Positions 59,812 through 64,000 of a DNA stretch of 64,000 bases are shown here, in pieces. Under the pieces are notes generated by a model that worked only from the letters and a program-made list of their open reading frames with translations, was not told the origin of the DNA and made no database searches. Made by a program: the position numbers and the translations under genes. This DNA comes from Eledone cirrhosa (lineage: Eukaryota), in the NCBI GenBank assembly GCA_964016885.1, contig OZ024751.1, positions 3,720,001 to 3,784,000 of the forward strand, written 5' to 3'. Within the stretch, counting starts at the first letter, position 1. The number at the start of each line of letters is the position of its first letter.

Positions 59812-62800
59812 TAAAAAACAAAAAAAAAGAAACCCCGTGACCAAGAAATACCGGGAGGGCGGCCGGCGGGGAATAGCCATGTCTCTAGGGGAGGACGACC
59901 CCTCTAGTCTTGGTTGACACTCGTCTTAGGAGTGGTAACACGAAATGATTACCCCTTGGCGGTTAAGGATAAAACGTAACAAAATAAAGTCAATGTCAAA
60001 TGATAAAATCTCATACCGGATCGGCCGTCACCCGGGTCAAAAAGGGCCGCGTCCCTCAGAGAGAAACCAGACTGGTGTCGAAAAAGCAGCTAATGGTTCA
60101 AACCTTCCCATCAATTCGGAGCTGGAGACCTCCCATAACCGGAATACTCCTACTGTTGGCCCTCCATGCTCACCACCAAGAAATCCAAAGAAAAAGAGAG
60201 AAAAATGGTCAAGGGAAGACAATAAAGAAGTCCTTGAGGCTTTCTACACTGCCATGTACTACCCATCAAATAGATCGAATACAGAACAGACATATATCAA
60301 CTGGAAAAAGAAACATCCCGAAAACATAGGCTATATTGACAGTAACAAACTAGTCAATATACGAAGAAATATTGTTAAAAAAATGTTACTAACTGATATA
60401 GAGATTGATCAGATCAAGCAATCAGCGAAGGGAAAATGAAACGTGTCAGTGAAAACAAAGTAAAATGTAACACTTTAAATCCCAGGGTCGGGGCGGAATC
60501 ACTGACAGCAAAACAAATTAAAGAAAGGATCGAAAAAGTGGAAGGGGTGCATGCTCAAGATGAAAATCAAAATGAAAACAATGAGACCGTAAATGATAAA
60601 GAAATGAATGTGAATGAACTCGCTAATTTGAAGAATGAAATAATGATCGAATGGAGGAAAATGAAAGAATCTGACATGGGGGAACGAGACACTCTCCCTA
60701 AGATCCAGAACTCCAAACAAAACCAAAGGATAATACACAAGACTAACATAGCTCTCAAAAACATTATCATCACAAATAAACTAAACATTACTGATCTAAA
60801 TCATCTCTACTATGCATCGGCTAAAGTCACCACTCACTTATGTGGAGTGAAAATGAAAAAACAAAGGAATTCCCACAAGAAACCTACTTGGCAAGAGAAC
60901 ATCAATCGCCAAATAAACCTTCTCCGATCTGACAGAAATTTTACTAAACTACAAAAATAGGTGAACATGATAAACCAACTAAACTCAGAAAATTGAAAAG
61001 AAAATACAATATAAAATCAACAAGCGACATAGACATGCTGATAGAAATAATCAAGCAAAAAGTGTCGGCCAAAGCTGCTCGTATAAGGCGCTTTGAAAAA
61101 CGCTCTAGATTCTATAAGGACAATATGTTCAAAAACAACTAAAGAAACTTCTACAGAAAAATTGGCAAGTCAACAATAACTGCTAAATCAATATGACCCA
61201 AGGAGGAAGTGCATGAATTCAGGGAAAAGATCTGCCCCGAAGAAAAAATTCATAATATACATGCCCCTTGGATAGACAGACAAATGGGAGATACAGCTCA
61301 CCTTGAGGAACAAACATGGGAAAATATAATAGTTGAAGCTCTCAGAAAATCCAGCAATTGGAAATCCCCAGGGAAAGACAAAATACCAATTTTTTTGATA
61401 AATGCCTTCACAGAGTCTCATGAGCTGTTAGCCCAACTTTACAATGAAATGGTTAAGGAGCCAGAAAAGATACCATCATGGCTAGTTAACGGCATTACAT
61501 TCCTACTTCCGAAGAATGATGAGACAAACAAAAATTACAGACCGATAACTTGCTTGATGTATAAAATTTTAACACCAGTCCTAACTGAATATACATATGA
61601 TCACCTGATAACAAATGATCTATTTCCCAATTAGCAGAAAGGGTGTAAACGAGGCTCATATGGCTGTAAGGATCAGCTTTTGGTTAACAAAATGATACTG
61701 GAAGATTGTCATAATAGACACAAAAATCTATCAATTGCTTGGATAGATTAGAAAAAACCATTCGATAGTTTGCCACACAGTTGGATTGAAAAATGTTTAG
61801 AGATTTTCAAAATATCTCCCGTTGCCAGGAGGTTCCTGTCATTCAGTATAAAGACATGGAAAACGACACTCCTTTTGAATAGTGAAAAAAAATCGCTGGA
61901 AGCTGAAGAAGTTAATATTAATTGTGGAATTTTTCAGGATGACTCTTTATCACCGTTTTTATTCTGCATCGCACTTATACTATTAAGTAAAATGCTCAAA
62001 GAAACAAAACATGGATATAAAGTCTATGACAAAACCATTAATCACTTGTTCTACATGGATGACCTGAAACTATTTGCAAAAAATGATGAGCAATTGCAAG
62101 GGCTATTATCCACTGTGAAGCTGTTCAGTGATGACATTAAAATGGAGTTTGGACTACATAAATGCGCCAAAGCAACGTTCGCCAGAGGAAAGCTGCTGAA
62201 GAGTTCAGACATTAATCTTGATCGGGGGAATGTGATAAGAGAACTTGATCAAGAGGAAACTTACAAATATCTAGGTGTGAAGGAGACGGAATCAAGCACT
62301 CGACAGTGAGGGAAAGGATAAGGAAGGAATGTTACCGCAGAGTAAGAGCAATCTTAAGAACGGAATTGAATGCAAGGAATAGGATCGATGCCATAAACAC
62401 GCTTGCCATACCAGTAGTAACCTACAGTTACAATGTCATCAAGTGGTTAAGCATAGAGATCCGTAGGCTCGATACAAAAATTAGAAAATTCTTAATCATG
62501 CACAGAATGCATCACCCTAAGGCAGATACAGATAGAATATATCTCTCTAGGAAAGAAGGAGGACATGGGTTAATCCAGTTAGATATTGCGTTGAAAACTG
62601 TAACAATTAGATTATCTACATATCTAAGGGAATCACATGATTGGATGATCAAACTCGTTTTGAAACACGAAAGCATCAAAAGATCATACTCCATTACAAA
62701 AGATGCACAAAGATACAGTAATGGACTACAAATTTCAGAAGTTCCATTTACTGCTGAAATGAAAAACACAGAAACAGCAAAGCAGGTAAAAGTAACGGCA

Positions 62801-63552
62801 AATAAAGAACTGCTACAGAAACTGGCTAAGAAATGGCAAGAAAAGCCTCTGTATGGAAAATACCCAGAAAGAGCTAACAATCCTGATGTTGACAAAATTT
62901 TAACCCATCAGTGGTTGGCATCCTCTGGACAGAAATCGGAGACTGAAGGATTGATTATATCAGCACAAGATCAGTGTCTGCCAACAAAAAATTATCAAGC
63001 CAACATTATAAAAAATGGATGCAACCCATTATGCCGTGTATGTAAAAAATAACCAGAGACTATTGATCATATAATTTCAATGTGCAGTCCTATAGCTCCA
63101 ACCGAATACCTAAACAGGCATGACAGAGCTGCGAAATACACACATTGGATAATGTGTAAGCATTTTGACCTGCCCCATCAAAAGAATTGGTGGGAGCATT
63201 AACCACCTCCCATACTTGAAAAAGATCACATCTCAATCTTGTGGAACTTTAGCATCCAAACAGACCGAAAAATAGATGCAAATAGATCTGATATAATACT
63301 GAAGGACTTTAAAAAGAGGGTATGCCTGCTAATTGATATGTCCGTTCCAATAGACAAGAATGTATCTATAAAAACATTTGAAAAATTGTGCAATTGTGGA
63401 GATAGAAATTGGAAAAATGTGGAAATTGAGAACTAAAACAATACCAGTGGTTGTAGGCGCTCTAGGAATGATACCTAAGGGGTCTAATGATTACTCATCG
63501 CAAATCCCAGGAAACCCGCGTATAGGAGAAATACAAAATAATAATAATAATA
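59812..63552 (+). mobile_element. Dong/R4-clade non-LTR element, near full length, degenerate
   Basis: KWSREDNKEV, NWKSPGKD, NYRPITCL, GCKDQLL, GIFQDDSLSP, HLFYMDDLKLF, YKYLG, CRVC..ETIDHIISMC, RSDII..CLLIDMSVP (RLE), PVVVGALG; ends in (AAT)n. Confidence 0.92.
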
Positions 63553-63687
63553 AAAAAACAATATAATACAAAAAATATACTAAACTACTTAAGTAAATTT
63601 CTATATTCTTTTACGAAGAGACAACACGTGTCACCGAAAAGATGAATAAAAATTTCCAAAAAGGGGGAAATAACTATTAAAATAAAT

Positions 63688-63878
63688 AATTGTTTCTACT
63701 TTTGGCACAAGGCCAGCAATTACCCAGTACATTACTGGTACTTTATTTTATCGACCCCGTAAGGATGAAAGGCAAAGTTAACCTTGACGGGATTTGAACT
63801 CAGATCATAAAGGGCCGTAACTATATGCTGCAAAGCATGGCGTCCGACCCTCTACCGGTACTGCCAATCCACCGCCCT
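63688..63878 (-). mobile_element. SINE, full length
   Basis: A/B boxes, core, tail. Confidence 0.92.
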
Positions 63879-63881
63879 CAA

Positions 63882-64000
63882 AAGTCTGTCATAAGCCAGA
63901 AGGTTCATCTGGCCGGTGCTTATCCCGGTTTCATGGCGTGAAGCGACTGAGAGTACAAGACTCCCCCCTGGACAGGATGCCAGTCCATCGCAGGTTTAAA
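63882..64000 (-). mobile_element. V-domain-like SINE 3' part
   Basis: Minus strand CCTGCGATGGACTGGCATCCTGTCCAGGGGGGAG..GTCGCTTCACGCCATGAAACCGGGATAAGC resembles the V-SINE central domain as I recall it. Confidence 0.55.

Noticed and set aside
59830-59960. HDV-like ribozyme at the Dong 5' end (GGCCGGC start)
   Set aside because: Could not find the complementary P1 strand or the nested pseudoknot by eye

Overview
Repeat-saturated, AT-rich eukaryotic DNA, most likely an octopod cephalopod (inferred from the tRNA-derived Nin/Deu-domain SINE, the Dong/RTE/Penelope repertoire and the very dense (TA)n/(GT)n/(ATT)n tracts). The only host-gene sequence I can support is one minus-strand, phase 1-1 exon (5878-6225) encoding an eh1/octapeptide motif (HSIDEILG), typical of Groucho-recruiting developmental transcription factors. 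The rest is a nest of mobile elements. The first 25.5 kb holds several Penelope-like elements beside (TA)n tracts, nine hammerhead-ribozyme motifs, a decayed autonomous Helitron and a hAT element with nested cargo. The 26-56 kb region holds a head-to-tail cluster of Tx1-clade LINEs joined at (ATT)n, plus Dong/R4, RTE, CRE and Gypsy fragments. A nearly intact Chapaev3-like transposon and a near full-length Dong/R4 element follow. The most notable signals are (i) an apparently (ATT)n-targeting Tx1 family whose 3' tail resembles the SINE tail (candidate SINE/LINE partnership), (ii) a splice-donor-like AGGTAAG + pyrimidine tract + CAACATG cassette kept at the ORF1/ORF2 junction of three divergent Tx1 copies, (iii) the ribozyme cluster, and (iv) the hidden transcription-factor exon. 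All family assignments come from motif recognition by eye; no database search was run, and element boundaries are approximate unless junction bases are quoted.
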